The notes beneath the pieces were generated by a model. It did not search any database and was not told where the DNA came from. It worked only from the letters and a program-made list of their open reading frames with translations. A stretch of DNA of 64,000 nt, taken from the NCBI RefSeq assembly GCF_009914755.1, contig NC_060947.1. The stretch is one strand, 5' to 3'. A program made the position numbers and the translations under genes. Below, in pieces: positions 1 through 15,768 of the stretch. Numbering within the stretch: position 1 is the first letter of the stretch; each line of letters begins with the position of its first letter. This stretch comes from the human T2T-CHM13v2.0 reference genome, Homo sapiens.

Positions 1-19
1 CACGTTCCAAGGAGGACCA

Positions 20-400
20 TCCCCTTCGAAGTAGTCACTTTAGGAGACTAATCTATTTACTCTAATGTTGTTGTTATTGCTAAAATTGCTTTTGAAACTT
101 CTGTTTTAGAATCACCTTGAGGCATGTAGCACATTCTTTTGAATATCCTCAAAGAAGAAAATCTTCATATTTTGAAAGTAGACATGATATCTAAATATAT
201 CTAGAAATCACTTGGCGACAAATCTGATGTGTAATCAAACCAAATGATACCATAATGATACCATAATGATACCTATTTTCTTGGTGATACATATGAAGGC
301 AATTCCAAATAAAAAGAAAAATCCCAAAATATTTTGAGCATTGATAGCATAATTTACATCAGTGTATAACCTTCCAAATGACTATTTTGAAATATAACAT
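20..400. mobile_element. MARNA-like non-autonomous mariner remnant with long degenerate inverted arms
   Basis: 20-120 (cttcgaagtagtcactttagg...) and 296-395 (...gtgtataaccttccaaatgactattttgaa) are degenerate reverse complements; resembles the recalled MARNA consensus. Confidence 0.6.
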
Positions 401-939
401 TCAGATGAATTTAGTCATGCTTCATTTGGTATTAATCAACTGCTGACTATGTGCCAGCTGCAGTTATTAAAGACACTAAATCTACAGGTATAGCTTCCCA
501 CTGCTCACACTGGCCTACTTCCCACCTAATGAGAACCAGGCCAGAGTTCCTTTCCAAATAACTGGTAGGGATTTAGAATTAATCTGGTTTTTCTAAATCC
601 AGTATCCAATGTACCAAAGGAACCATAACATTCCTTCATAACCTCCACTGTGGGTACCTAGGTGACACGAGAAAGCCACCGACACAGTGCCTGGTTTGTT
701 TTCTCTTTTCCAGCTGGAACTTTGAGCCCTATTCTGCCCTATTCTGAACCTTCATCTCTAGTAGTCAACTTGTGCACAAACCTCAAGAACTGTACCCCAC
801 CTTCTATAGGCCAGCGTCCTTCTTCACTTTAAATAGGTCTCCCTGTAACCATGACTTCAACCTTTCTGCCCTGAAGCACTGCTCATGTCTAAAAAATATG
901 TTCCCAAATGATGATACATAATGTATCATACACTTTTTC

Positions 940-1021
940 TAGAGGTAGGGCTTAAGAATCTGCATTTTAAACCAACTCCCCCAAGTGATTATTAAGCACA
1001 TTAAAACCCGAGAACCACTAT
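940..1021. mobile_element. MER5-like hAT-Charlie fragment
   Basis: gaatctgcattttaaaccaactcccccaagtgatt...gagaaccact resembles the MER5 terminus. Confidence 0.55.
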
Positions 1022-1232
1022 ACTAGGTGCTCAATAAGTGCTTGTTAGCTTGAGTATGACATTTTAGTAAAGCAGGCTGAATGTTTGAGTTTACTTGGTG
1101 CTCCAGGTCTGTGAGTTAGCAAAATACATATATTTGAAGGAGTTTAAAAGGATTTCCAAGGAAGTATAAGAACCAATGGAGTGATCCAGGGAAAGAAGGG
1201 AGATATGACAATAAAACATCTTCATGTCTTAA

Positions 1233-1499
<267 letters not shown>

Positions 1500-4400
1500 T
1501 AACCTGTTCCCACCTAGCTGTGGGAACAGAGCTGTGTCATTTGATACATTCACAGGAAGCTACAAGGCTGATTATGCATGACAATGTAACCTGTAGTACA
1601 TTTCTAGCAAAGATAATTATATTTTTCTAAACCACCTGAACACTGAATAGGAAAATAGTTCTGTAACTGTGGTAGCAATAGCCACATCTCAAAATGTTGT
1701 CATTTATATTTATAGCCAAAGAATGCTTGACAACCATTGCAGAGTGGTAGCTAGGATTGTTTAAGCCTAGGCAATATTTCTATAAAACAAATATTTTCAG
1801 TTATACAGTATTAATTGGACCACCAAGTACCAGTCCCTTAATTTTTTAATTTGTCTACACATTAACGCAGAACAGAAAGTTTTTGAGCCAAATAATAGGG
1901 CAAACTAGTTTCAGCCTACCAAAATTGGCTTCCCAGTAATGCACAAATAAAGTTGTGGAGTCTAATTAGTTGAGTAGCATTTGGGGTCAAGATAGGTAAT
2001 GCCAGCAAGGCTTGCAGTAGCAAGATGGGCTTCATTTTGGGTAGAAGAGTTCATTGAACTGACCTTTGACCACTCCAAGGTTACTGCCAGTATTCCCAGA
2101 ACAATTAAAACACTTTTATATAACTCCCTGCTCTCCATTCTCCTATTTCTTAACTATCGGTGAGCCTTGGCTATCAGACTGCCTATGATAGGGCAAACAA
2201 AATTTGGGGCAAAAAATCCCATATCATAACAGAATCTGTCAATTTGCATAAAATTATTTTAATGAAGTGTTTTGTTATATGACCAATTTATCATGAATAA
2301 ATCATCTTTCACAAACGTACATATCAATTTACTCCTCCCAAAATTTATTTTTGCCACAATGTGGAGAAAAAAGCAAGCTATGAACAGGCAGCAAATTCAG
2401 TGGCTCAGATTGACACTGAACTGAGCTACCACCCTAAGGAAGAGCTTAGGTGGAATAGGGCAGAATAAATAAGATGTGAAATGGGAATAACATTTGTAGA
2501 AGAACTGAGTCAGCTTGGAGCCAGGATCAGGAACCAGGAAGTTTTAGTCAGGGAAAAGTCTTAGTAGAGGCTAAACAAAGAAACATCAGGATGTTAATGA
2601 CAGCATTAGCTATACACAACAAACAGGATACAGGAGAAAAAGTTAGGAACAATGTATCAATGAAGTTGGGAAGGCAAGCTCATTTTTGCTACCTTAGTTG
2701 AGTAGCAGAATAATAATTTTCTGGAGCCTACATCCTAGGAAAGGTAAGGTTATGCCATATAGAAAAAGTATATCAAGTATTTGAGAAACAGTGACCTTGA
2801 ATATAGTGAAGTGGAACTTGTAACTGGGACAGATTCAAATATAAGGATTTACCCTGGTTACAGAGCCTATTCCATTTGGTGTTTATGGCTGGAGGTGTTT
2901 ATTTGCATCTAGAGGTGTTTCTAGGAGAAAAGATGAGTGCTTATGAGAATAGACTAACATAATATTACTGAGTTGTACAGTTTATAAAGGAAAATTACTA
3001 TAATAATGTATGATTCTGTATATCTGGGTTATAAACAATTTTGAGATAATTGGTCATTCAGACACCACAGTACAGATATCATTAGAGGACATACAGTATC
3101 AGAACAGTGGGAGAATAATTAATGTTTCTAATGAACTATTACATTTTCCAGGAGAGAAACTGCTTTTCATTTTTTAACATGTATTAATCTTGGGAACTGT
3201 GGGATGATTACAAGAGTGATGTGTTTTTGAAAATATGCTCTCTGAAAACAGCAAGAGAACAGTTGCATACACATTGCTTCATTTACACTATCCCTTTTCT
3301 ATATGACTTGTTAAGAATCTGGGAGATTGAGGAGAGAGTGTGTCTGTCATTTTTCAAAGCCATGAGGGGATCTTAAGGCCTGTGGGAAATAAGGTTCACT
3401 GCTCTTCACAGACATTATAACGAGGATGTTCTGTCTTACATATTACAAAGTGGCATGAATTGCAGTGATAAATTGCTCAGATAATTGGCTGTAGATTCAT
3501 GGTAAAGGCTCAAATGATGTTCTAATAGAAAACAATTGCCAGATGGTTTTTAATGTTTTTATGATCCCATTCCATCTTTTAACTTGAAAATTTTATTTTT
3601 AATCATTTATTTTCATTAAATTAATAAATTGAAACTCCCATGTGTTCTGAGCCAATCACTGTCCATGGAGAGTATACCAATTTTTGTCAAGAATGTCCAA
3701 GGTTTTACTTCTACTGCTTTTAATTTTCTGTGGAAGGCAGCACTCAACTAAACAAGAGGCCCTCATGTTCTGAGAAATGCTTTACTCTGACTATTAGTGT
3801 TCTGATGATTAATAATTTAAGAAAAGTACTACACATTTACATGACATTAGTGATTAAAAAAGAGGGAAAAAAATGTCCCAAATATTATCTTGGGATTTTC
3901 ACATAAAAATGCCTGTAATGCCTTAACCGCAGACATAGCACTTTTGAAACACCTTTTGGAAAGGAATAGTTACTGTCTCAGACACTGTTGAGAGATTATA
4001 GATTAATTTCTGATTTATAACTCTTGGAATAGTTTCACATAATAAAGACCCACGTGAGCTGTTCCATCAGCTTTCAAGAACAGACACTACTCTCCTTGCC
4101 CAAACAAGACATTCTAACTTTTGTACATGTCTAAAGTCTTAGGAGATGAGGACAGGGGCCTGAGAAAAGAGAGATAGAGGTGCTAGTTGGCCAGTAGGCA
4201 AGGAGATAAGAATTTTTTGACTGCCAGCAGTGGAGTGAGTTGGAGCTGCAGGGTCTGTCATCAGCAAAAAACAATTGGTAAGAAATTGGGATTTTCTTGA
4301 AATATCAAAGAATCCCTGAGACGGGCCAATGAGGTGGTGTCGCTATGTGTTATACTTAGTTGAAAAAAATGAAGATTGCTTGTATTGGTGAGTCAGGGCA

Positions 4401-5045
4401 AGTCCTTTGGGGATGTGTATGCTTGTGCAGAAGATGGAAAAATAAACTTATGAAGTTATGAAGACTGAAGTACATCAGCATGTATTAGAGACTATTAATT
4501 TGTGGTTGCTGTTTAAATCCACTAGTTCAGTGTCATGAGGCGGTGGGACAGGGAAGTGTTTCATACCTATAGTGGAAAAAAGTAAAAGCAGTTATCAGGG
4601 CTTTTGAATGATTAATCTGAAGTCTGAATACTTAGCTTCTGCTTAGTGTTAGTTTTTATTTCTATAAAACTTTCACATACTCTGTCCTCCATCTGACTAC
4701 AACCAGACACTGCTAAACCCCAAAAGTGTCAATGCCTTTATACTAATACTTGGTTCTAACCTTCATAGAGATGAATGTGGCTCGTTCCTCTATCCCCAGG
4801 GATACATGATTCACTGAGCTGGAACTAGGGTTTTAGCCTGACTAAAGATCAATTCTGCTCTTGAGTCTATTAAACCAAACACTTTTTGAAAGAACAAGGA
4901 AAGCATATTCGAAATAGTACTTGACATCTGTCTTTCTGTTTTATAACAATGATGGGTAATTAAAGTGGAAAGCTCCATGAGTTTTTTGATGGAAATCCTA
5001 TCAAATTTAAAGTATCACTAGTCATATAGGTTATACAAGTATTAA

Positions 5046-5174
<129 letters not shown>

Positions 5175-5259
5175 TAGATCAATATAATCTTTTCCTTGGT
5201 AGAGAAATTATAGGGAGAGTAATAAGTACTAATACTAGTATTTATTAAGATGAACTAAA

Positions 5260-5484
5260 TAACAATGTATTGTATACTTGGAAATTGCTAAGATAGTAGA
5301 TTTTAAGTATTCTCATCACAAGTAAATGATAAGTAGGTGAGGTAATCCATATGTTAATCAGCTTGAGTTAGTCATCCACTGTGTATACATATTTCAGAAC
5401 ATCATATGGTATATCATAAATATATACAATTTTTATTTGTTCATTAAAAATGGAGAAATGAATAAATAATTTTTAAATAGAAAA
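5260..5484 (+). mobile_element. 5'-truncated L1MA-type 3' end
   Basis: L1MA 3' UTR motifs; TSD AAGATGAACTAAA at 5247-5259 and 5485-5497. Confidence 0.8.
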
Positions 5485-5749
5485 AAGATGAACTAAAATA
5501 ATCATGGAAATGATGAATAGCCATTTACATATAAAGATGCTGTTTTTACTCTACCACTGCAGGTAAATAGTTTTTCTAATAATGGAAATATATTTGCCTT
5601 GAATTATCCACATTCCTTGCATATTTTCTGAGATAGAAGACCAAGAAAGTCACGTGTGGTTAGATCATTTTTTATTTTTTAAGGTCTATTTACCAAGATG
5701 CTTAGCTTCTTTACCTTCTACCTTCCTATATTCTAGCAATTTCATGGAA

Positions 5750-5910
5750 TTCATTCATTGAATTGTTTAATAAATATTTATTGAGAACCTATTGTATCAG
5801 GCAGTATGACCATCTCTGATACTACAATGCAGATCAAAACAGAAAAAGTCCCTGTTCTGATTGAGCTAATAGACTTTTGGAGAAGACAATAAAACAAATA
5901 ACTACACAAT
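5750..5910 (-). mobile_element. L2 3'-end fragment
   Basis: ttcattcatt...aaatatttattgagaacctattgt...ccctgttctgattgagct. Confidence 0.6.
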
Positions 5911-7156
5911 TTTATCTTACATTAAGAGGCTTATACATTAACATCTTTGAGTTTACTTATAAAAAAAAGTCCAATAAATAAGGCTAAATAATATTTTTAC
6001 ATTTCCCCAGCATTTTGAGCTATACATTTTTACAGAGTTGAACATTTTACAAATCTTTAAAAATATAAAAGGCTCTAATTCTGTTGGTCATGATCACCAT
6101 TAACCAGAGGATAGGAAGGGAGAGGAAGTGAATTTCATTCATCAATTTAGTTAATTGCAAAAGATTAATCTGGACAAATGTTTAAAATAATGGCTAAAAT
6201 GAGGTCTAAGGATGGTTTTAAAATTTCAGTTATTATTGCTATACATACTCAAGAGGCTATTTGCCTTACCCAAGAGATATTCGCTCCATGGCAGTCTAAT
6301 TCACATTTCATGTATTTCTGTGCTGCCTGTATTTCTGATAATGTAGGTCTAATAATCTTTAAATTCTGAAGGCAATGATTCATATGTAAAATGTTATATA
6401 TAAATCTGTAGTTAGGCTTTACAAAGCCCGTGCTAGATAGAAGCTGATCATTTCAAAAGAATTGCCAGAATTGAAAACCTAACAATCGGGTGCATTTCTG
6501 GGAATGCTTAAAATGACTCAAAGCAGTGCTCTGCACCTAATGCAGGTCTCCACCGGATGCTACAATAGTTAAAACAAATGTGAGCTGGGTTTTTGCATGC
6601 CTACTGGAGCCTATCCATTTTTAAACATTTAAAGATGACATGCAGAAACCCAACCTCATGCTCAGCTCTGCATGAGGAAAATGCTGGACTAAAAAATGAT
6701 CATTTTATCCACTGCTTTCAGTTTCTTTAATTGATATTATTGAGAATTATGTCATGCTTGCATGGAAAAGATATCAAAGCGTTTTTATATAGTAAAAACA
6801 ATGCAAGATAAGACATTTCTCTCCACATCAGATTGATTGTAGTTGTAATTTTTTCTTTTATATAAAAATATTTTTAAATATAATCCTATTTATGTTTCTG
6901 GAAAAATGTGTAATATTTCTTTGCATATGTATATGGAGAGAGAGAGAGAGAGAGACTGGAATGATACACAACAGAATACTAACATTGATTATCTCCAGGC
7001 AGTTGGATTGTAGATTATTTTCTTCTTTTTGTTTATGTTTTTGCCAAATTCTCTACAGTTGTTATTAAAATTCTACAATGTATTGGTTCTGTATTGATAG
7101 AAACATTTAGTCAGTAGTTACTAATTTAGTTTGTTTTGATCAAAAAAAAAAGCTAG

Positions 7157-7378
<222 letters not shown>

Positions 7379-8208
7379 TAAGTCAAATGAAGCCAGGAAT
7401 GTCTTTAGGAGTTTAAGTTAGCTGTGTCATCTGATAACATTTTATTTTTTACAAGATTCATAAAGTAACATACCACATAAAAGATAAAACTACAGTGACA
7501 CACGGAAGGCATGTGTAATTGATTATTTTTTTCCTTCTAGAGCAGAAACAAATAATAAAGCATAACACCTTCCTTTCAGTTATTATCTAGCAAAAATGAA
7601 AAATATAGTCATTTCCATTATAAATTTATATTTAATGTCAATTTGTTGTATAATGTGGAACTAGCAGTTGGAGAAAGCCAGCCCATTAAATTGCAAGCAT
7701 TCATACAAACTAAATTACAATGCCATGTTTATTTGTCAAGCACTTGCTTTTAATTACTCAATGTTCCACAATTTCGGTAAAAGGCTATGTTCTCTCTCCA
7801 ATTATCAATTATTACCCAGACTTGTTTACTAGATATTCTAAGATTATATTTAGTGTTCAGTGTATTTTGCAAGCAGGGTTCAAGACTTGCTTTGTAGCCT
7901 TTTCAATACAATCAAGTTGTAAATATGAAATTTAGAATTATTATAAAAAGCCTTTTATTCTGATTTTAAAAGCACTCATACTTTTAAGAACCTTAAAATA
8001 TATTTATATACATAGATTAAATTATTGGTCAAATAGACTAAGCTTTACATATGTGTATTTTGAAATAAAATTTGGATTGACTATTTAGAATAGCAGGAAA
8101 AATAAAGCCAACACTTACTAAATTATAATGTACTATATAAATTCTTAAAGACTTCTATGGCAAGTGATCTGACAACTTTTCTAATACTGAATACAAAACT
8201 ATCCAGTA

Positions 8209-8507
8209 TTTTTTTTTTTTTTTTAGACAGAGTCTTGCTCTGTCGCCCAGGCTGGAGTGCAGTGGCACAATCTCTGCTCACTGCAACCTGCGCCCCTCCT
8301 GGGTTCAAGCAATTCTCCTGCCTCAGCCTCCCATGTAGCTGGAACTACAGGCACCTGCCACCACGCCCAGCTAATTTTTGTATTTTTAGTAGAGACGGGG
8401 TTTCACCATGTTGGCCAGGCTGGTCTGGAACTCCTGACCTCAGGCAATCCGCCCGCCTCAGCCTCCCAAAGTGCTAAGATTACAGGCATGAGCCACTGCG
8501 CCCAGCC
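8209..8507 (-). mobile_element. AluS
   Basis: Full Alu with poly(T); TSD aaaactatccagta / aaaattgtccagta. Confidence 0.95.
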
Positions 8508-9228
8508 AAAATTGTCCAGTATAAAACAAGCAAATAAACAAAAACTCCATGCTTCTGCCTTCTACATAAGTTCTGAAAACAGAAGCAGTGGGAGACTGCA
8601 GACAATTAACTAGAAAGAAGTATCCAGCTTTCAAATAAACAATGTCAAGACCATAAACCTCATAAAAAATCAAAGGAGATTTTAAAACATTTCTTAGAGA
8701 ACGAAGAGAGTAAATTTGAAGTTATGTTTATATAGTGTCCACGTATCATATGAAAAGTAATAATTAAGTCACTTATTTGTCATATTGTCTAACAAATGTC
8801 AAATATCCATATGCAGCAAACTTCAAATTTGAGTAATTTTTCCCTTTTCATCCTGATGTTTGATGTTAGGTAGATAGAACATCCATGAAAGCTTTAAATG
8901 AATAATAACTTCAGGTTATTATGAGGAAAATTGCTTTATAAGATTTTAAAAATCTTCATCTTCTACCTTATGAAAATACATTTCAACATTTCTCAGTGGA
9001 TGCAGAGGAAAATAGGTAAAGAACATGAACAGGCAGTTCAAAAAAGAAGAATCACAAGTGGCCAAGTAAAAGAATAACAAGGAGCTGAGCTAAGGCACTG
9101 GCCTTGGGGAGAAGTATGAGGGTCTTTATTTGAGTGAGTTTTGGATGAAGAGTTGGTATTTGGTTAGATAAAATGGATGAGAGGAGAGCGTCAAAGATGA
9201 TGCTGAAGTTATTAGCTTGGGTGACTGA

Positions 9229-9918
<690 letters not shown>

Positions 9919-10296
9919 GTTTTTGATATGTACACTTTGAGTTGTCTTTGGGACATCCAGGCAAACCTTTGTAGTAGACAGTTGGAAAATTGCGTCTGGA
10001 GCTCAGGATAAGAGCAGGAGCTTGAGCAAATCCATTAGGAGCAATGAACATATAGATCAATCCTCTGTTTGTTTTAACCTGGCTTCACCTTCATAAATAA
10101 TTGGTAGATGTTATAGCCTATTAAGAGAAAAGTGCCCCATAGCAAATAGCTGCTTATTGTTAGCCATGTTCAAACTCAGAGAAATCCCTTTTTTATTTTT
10201 GGGCATTCCTATTGGCAAATGGTCAGAAGTTCAATCAAGTCCTTTAGTCTTACTATCCAGAGATCTACAATTTCTTCATTAAGGTAGCATTAAGCA

Positions 10297-10324
10297 TAAT
10301 AATAATAATAATAATAATAATAAT
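10297..10324. repeat. (TAA)n microsatellite
   Basis: About 9 TAA units. Confidence 0.9.
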
Positions 10325-10554
10325 TTGTAAATATTTGTTTCATTCTATCTGAAGAGATGGGGTACCTTGTGGTGGGTGCTTCTATAAACCATTGTATTCC
10401 TGGAGGCCCAAATTTGGAGGGAGGAATGATTTGTGAATTGTCATGTGTGGGGTGAAATATCAGGAAAACCTTTCATTACACTCAGAATTCTGTAAGACTA
10501 GATTCTAAGCACTATAGTGTAGCTGTGCTGACTACATTACCAGTGTTTCTATTG

Positions 10555-10710
10555 TAGAATTTTAGCCGTGGAGATCATTCAGTTCAAACTCACCCCTCCC
10601 TCCCATAAATCATACAAATGTAGAAACTGAGACCCCATGAGTTTGTGACTTGACCAAGGTCCACAGTTAATGACAGAAACAGTACTAAACCTGAATTTTC
10701 TCCTCTGCTC
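10555..10710 (-). mobile_element. MIR
   Basis: acaaatgtagaaactgagaccc...gacttgaccaaggtccacagtt MIR core. Confidence 0.65.
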
Positions 10711-11123
10711 TGTGGTTTAAACTTGGCAGAGGAAGGTTTCTATCAATCCCTAGGTTATGGACTCAGTATTTTTCTGAGCTATTGTTTTTCAGGAACAGAC
10801 TTTCCTTTTTTTTCTTCTGCTTTTAATCTTATTAGAATCTTATTACAAGTTCCCTCAATCTATTTTATTTGTCTAGCTCTGAAACAGTTAAAGCTTTATT
10901 TTAGAAAATAATAACAATCCTGCCTTTCAGTGTTTATTTTGACCACATTTCTAGACTTCTTTTCCTTTATGTTCTATTATATGCCTGAAGACCTGCAAGC
11001 ACTTTATTTGTTTAGTCCTTTTATTTTACCTAATAGCATATCCTCATAAGTTACTAGTTTTCTTTTCTGTGACAGGAAATTGCTCTTTCATCTGAGTCCC
11101 TATAATCATTGATTTTTTTTCAG

Positions 11124-11220
11124 GTATGAGATTATATTCAGACAGCAGGTGGGAACTGAAGATATATTTTTAGGGTTGTCAAAAAAGGACTCCTCAACAG
11201 GTTGTTGCAGTGAACTAGTG
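11124..11220 (+). CDS. DNAAF6: DNAAF6 coding exon 4 ([32 protein letters not shown]), 97 nt
   Basis: ttttttttcag acceptor, gtaagc donor; [10 protein letters not shown] motif of the PIH1D3 family. Confidence 0.96.
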
Positions 11221-12959
11221 GTAAGCCTCTCCTCCCCTTCTTCATTTTCTATACAACCATTGTAGCTAAATTGACTGACTATTATTTACATAATATTGTA
11301 GGCAAGGTTGTAAACTCTTTAAAAATCGTGGTTGCTATGTTTCACGTACTAGGGTAACAATGGGATAGACAGTTTAAAATTGTTAACTTGTACAAAATAA
11401 ACTAAGTTTACACATTTGGATGAGATTTACAAATAAACATAATGGAATCATATGACACAATACACAATTTCTATTTTTATCCCTATTAAAACTTCCCAAT
11501 TGGATTGGACTGGATTTTCTTCCATCCTAGTTCCGTCCCATGCATGCCAACTGATTGGTTATTAACTTATGATGAATTGACAGGCAATCAGAATGAAGTA
11601 TCTCCTTCCCCGCATCTGTCTTATCTCTTATTTCTGTATTTCTCGTAATGACTCAGCTTACAATGTGGGACTTAAAAAGGGATTTTCTTAATTTTGGGAT
11701 CTGACTTCTGATTAAAAACACTAAGAAAGACATCTAAAATGTTACTTTGCTTTCTTATCTGAATGACGCTACCGAATGTTGGAGAGCATCCTTTACCAGG
11801 TCACTGTTTCTGTATAACAGTTGTGGCAATACCAACAATATCAATGATACCACCTTACTTTTGCTTATTTCATCCTGATAATGACCTTGTTGAAAAATCT
11901 GGGCCTAACCCAGAGTGTGGAATTTGATTCATTTTAGCAACATTAACAAGTAATTCTTGTGTTAAAATTTTATTTTTTGAGATCAGGAACTTTGCTTCTA
12001 TTTTTTTTCCTCCTTTCTTACAATACATTATAGAATACCATGGTGCCCATGGGAGATGTGTAATATTTTTTCCTTAAGCAAATGATAAATGGAATTTCTC
12101 TTTTGCATGAACTTCAGGTTTTCTCTTATTAGCAAAATCTAAGACATTCAATTCAATCAAGTAACATAATGGGAATAGTGGCTTTAAGTACCTCAGGAGA
12201 TTTTTCAAACTCTAATGAGTTATGCTTTCAAGTAATCTTGAAGTAATTAGCTCCCAGGGTTTTACCAGTAATATTCAAATTCCTCTCTTTTAAATTATTG
12301 TAAAATTGTGTTTTTGATGTGTAATGTTGGGGATTGCTCTAAATTCTGGAGGAATTCTAGGCCCTAAATAAATAAAACTGTTGCAAGCCTTACAGTTTAT
12401 CTCATGCAAAAATTGCCACTAGTTTTAATAATAAAGGTATCCTGAATGAAGAATCTTGGAAACTAAATCATACCTCATAATAGGAATATATGGTTTATCT
12501 AAAACTCAATAAGTATATACAGAAGACTTGATATTTCTCTCAAATGAATTTATAATCAACTGGGGAGACAAAACTAACATAAATGAACCAATTTTATTAT
12601 TAAGAATTAAACTCAGTGTAAACAATTATAAGTCGAATAGAAGTTCAGAAGGTTGGGATAAGTCATGGACACCACTGAAAGGCAGCAGCAAATAACACAT
12701 TTGTTGATACTGTGGCACTTTGTCACGTGTATACTGTTCCTTTTCTCTTTCTTTCCTTTATTTCTCTTTGTTTCTTCATTTATTACATCTTTAAATACTT
12801 AGTGAATGTTACTACATACCAGGGACTGTCCTAAGTACTAGAGATACAAAAATAAATGATAAACAATCAATTGTCCTCAAGGAATTTACAGTAAAGGAGA
12901 CTGACACCTAATAAATCACTGCAGTTCAGTATGGTAAGTACATATTTAGAGGCAAACAC

Positions 12960-13320
12960 CATGAACAGAATGATGGTTACCAGAGACTGGGAAGGGCAGT
13001 GGGCAGTGGGAGTTGGAAATGTGGGGATGGTTAATGGGTACAAAAATATAGTTAGATACAATAAACACGATCTAGTATTTGATAGTACAACAGAAGGATA
13101 ACAGTCAGCAATAATTTGTTGTACATTTTAGAGTAACTGAGGGAGTACAATTGGAATGTTCATAACACAAAGAAATGGTGAATGATTTAGGTGATACAAA
13201 CCCACCCCATTTACCCTGATGTAATTATTATACACTGTATGCCTGTATCAAAATATCTCATGCACCCCATAAATATATTTTCCTATTATGTACCCATAAA
13301 AATTAAAGATAGAAAAATAA
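12960..13320 (+). mobile_element. L1MA 3' end inserted in an L2 remnant
   Basis: atggttaccagagactggg...catttaccctgatgt...tatgtacccataaaaattaaa. Confidence 0.8.
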
Positions 13321-14758
13321 AGACATATATCAGGTACATAGTGACATAAAGCAGGAAGAGATCAACTTCAAGTGGATAATATTACTACAGTGGACAACAT
13401 TCTAAAAAGGGCATTCCAAGCAGAAGTAAGAGCACGTGGAAAGGTATCCAGGCATGAAATAGCATGGCATATTTGAGTAAACAGAGAATATAACAAGAAT
13501 AAAGAGTAAGTGTCGGTAATAATGGACTAGTAAGCTGACTCTCAAAGAAGATAAAAGCTTGTAGCTTTTATTTGTAGCTTGAATGTTATCCTGTAGGCAT
13601 ACTAATGATGACATCCACTATCATTGCTTACTCCACTGACAAGACTCAGAGTAAATAGGTTGTTGAGCCCATCTCAAGTATTTCTTGCTCAAATGTATAT
13701 GCTTATCATTCTTCTTGATAATATGGTGTTTCCTTGAATCTAAGACATCATAAAATTGTAAATGTGCCATTTATTTAACAATAACAATGTTTCAGAGGAA
13801 AATAGTTATAATGCCATATTATACCACCATTGATTGTGCAGTTCGTCTCAATATCAGAAACATTAAAATGTGGGGAAAATTGTACCTGAGAATTGCCTAA
13901 ATATGTTATTTGTGTCCTGGACCTGGTCTATATGTAACAATCCAATCCAAAAACTTTAAGAAAAAATCCTTACTTAAACCGAGTAAGGCAATAGGAGTAC
14001 AATCTGTTTACGTACAAGAAGTGATTTGGGGTTTAAAAATTCACAAGGACCATCCTTTCCTTTACCCTCCCCAGACTCCAAATAAGAAAGCAAGATTTAT
14101 GAATCCTAAATCAAAGCAACGGTCCTAAACAAAATTATGAATTAGGAATGTCTTCAGCAAACCCTTCGAACCTCAAACCCAAAGAGCCCCATTAACCAAA
14201 CACTCCCTGCCCTATTGTTATCCTCTGCAACTGCTTTACTCCTGAGTTTGTAGCCACCAAGTTTCCCTTGCCTTAATCTATATTTAGGTATTTTAGAGCT
14301 AGAGCTAGCCAGTGGTTTACAGGTTTGTTTTGTTTTGTTTCTAGCTCTCAAGCTTTTTTCTTTCCAAATAAAATTCTATGAGTAAGCCCAGTGTAATAAA
14401 CATAAAAAGTACCACTGCCTTGTTTAAGAAGGTACTATCACCCATGAGGCAGCTCTTAGGAGAATGGCTGAGGCTCCTTGGAACACAGTTAGAAAGATGC
14501 TGATCTAATTTCTCATCCTGATATTACAGTTGATAAACTAAGGTCAGGCTTACAAGGTTTCAAATACTCATATACATCAATGGAAGAATAATAAGAAATC
14601 TAGAGGGCTTCTTTTTCCTTGGTGACATATATGCTTTTCTTTAAACCCCACGAGTGGAAGGCCCTAGCTTATTTCATTTTGTTTTGGTTGTTTTTCTTTT
14701 TATCCTCTAGCCATATTCTCCATCCCTCTCCCCAAAGCTCTCACTGTAATGGGTGTGA

Positions 14759-14798
14759 TATTAGGTTGGTGCAAAAGTAATTGCAGTTTTGCTATTGC
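14759..14798 (+). mobile_element. Half MADE1 / single Hsmar1 terminal inverted repeat
   Basis: TA + ttaggttggtgcaaaagtaattgcagttttgc. Confidence 0.8.
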
Positions 14799-15487
14799 TG
14801 ACTACTGGTTATTGCCAGACTGACTGAAGTACTGGACCTCTTGGGTGCCAGCTGAGGAGCATGGAAAAAAGAACTATAGGTATAAAAATATGTAGCAAGA
14901 TACCCTAATTCTCCATAGGATTATTTGTGGCAGGAAATGGGATGGGTGTATTGGAAAAATAGGTCAGCAGATTCTCATTTTCACCCATGGTGCCAAAATC
15001 CAAAAATGAATGGGCCTAGGGTTATTGGTATTCTGCCAAATTACCCTTTGTTTGTTCTAGGAGAGGGGAAAGGCAGCTTGCAGATAGCTTGATGCTCTTT
15101 GACCTAGAATGAACACATATTTTGATGTTTTACTTTGATAGATCTATATTGATAAGGCGACATTCTGATATGACCCAAGAAACAAGCCACTAAGCCTATT
15201 TTTTCCCAACATCACCTCCTCCCTAGGATATGATTCTTCCCCCATCTTTAAATCTCACTGAGAATGGGATGAGAGTCAGGGATGGGATAGAAGTCAGTCA
15301 CCATCTGGCAGGCAGACACAACCAGGAGTCACATGTTTATCATACATATTTATCTCAGAAAGTGCTATCAATCATTTTGAGCAAAGTATTTGCTCATCCT
15401 CTAAGAATTCACTTGCTTCCTGAATGGTCTGCTCTTCAAATCCTGATTTCTTTCTTAAGGTTAAAACAGTTATATTTGTTTACTTTT

Positions 15488-15768
15488 TTATTTTTTGAGA
15501 CAGAGGCTCACTTTGTTACCCAGGCTGGAGTGCAGCCTCAACTCACTATAGCCTCGGCCTCCCAGATTCAAACAATTCTCCTGATTCAGCCTCCCGAGTA
15601 GTTGGGATTCCAAGCATTTACCACCAAGCCCGGCTAATTTTTGTATTTTTAGTAGAGATGGGGTTTCACCATGTTGGCCAGGCTGGTCTCAAACTCCTGA
15701 CCTCAGGTGATCCACCTGTCGGCCTCCCAAAGTGCTGGGATTACAGCCGTGAGGCACCGTGCCTGGCC
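15488..15768 (-). mobile_element. AluS
   Basis: TSD tatatttgtttactttt on both sides. Confidence 0.93.

Noticed and set aside
244-273. Short tandem repeats (ataatgatacc x3 here; an 18-mer x3 at 37195-37250) as array-like elements
   Set aside because: No spacers; ordinary slippage duplications inside old repeats; not CRISPR-like
8209-8507. Antisense Alu with a tttttag acceptor that could exonise in DNAAF6
   Set aside because: The usual Alu donor positions read gcacct and gcatga, so there is no good 5' splice site
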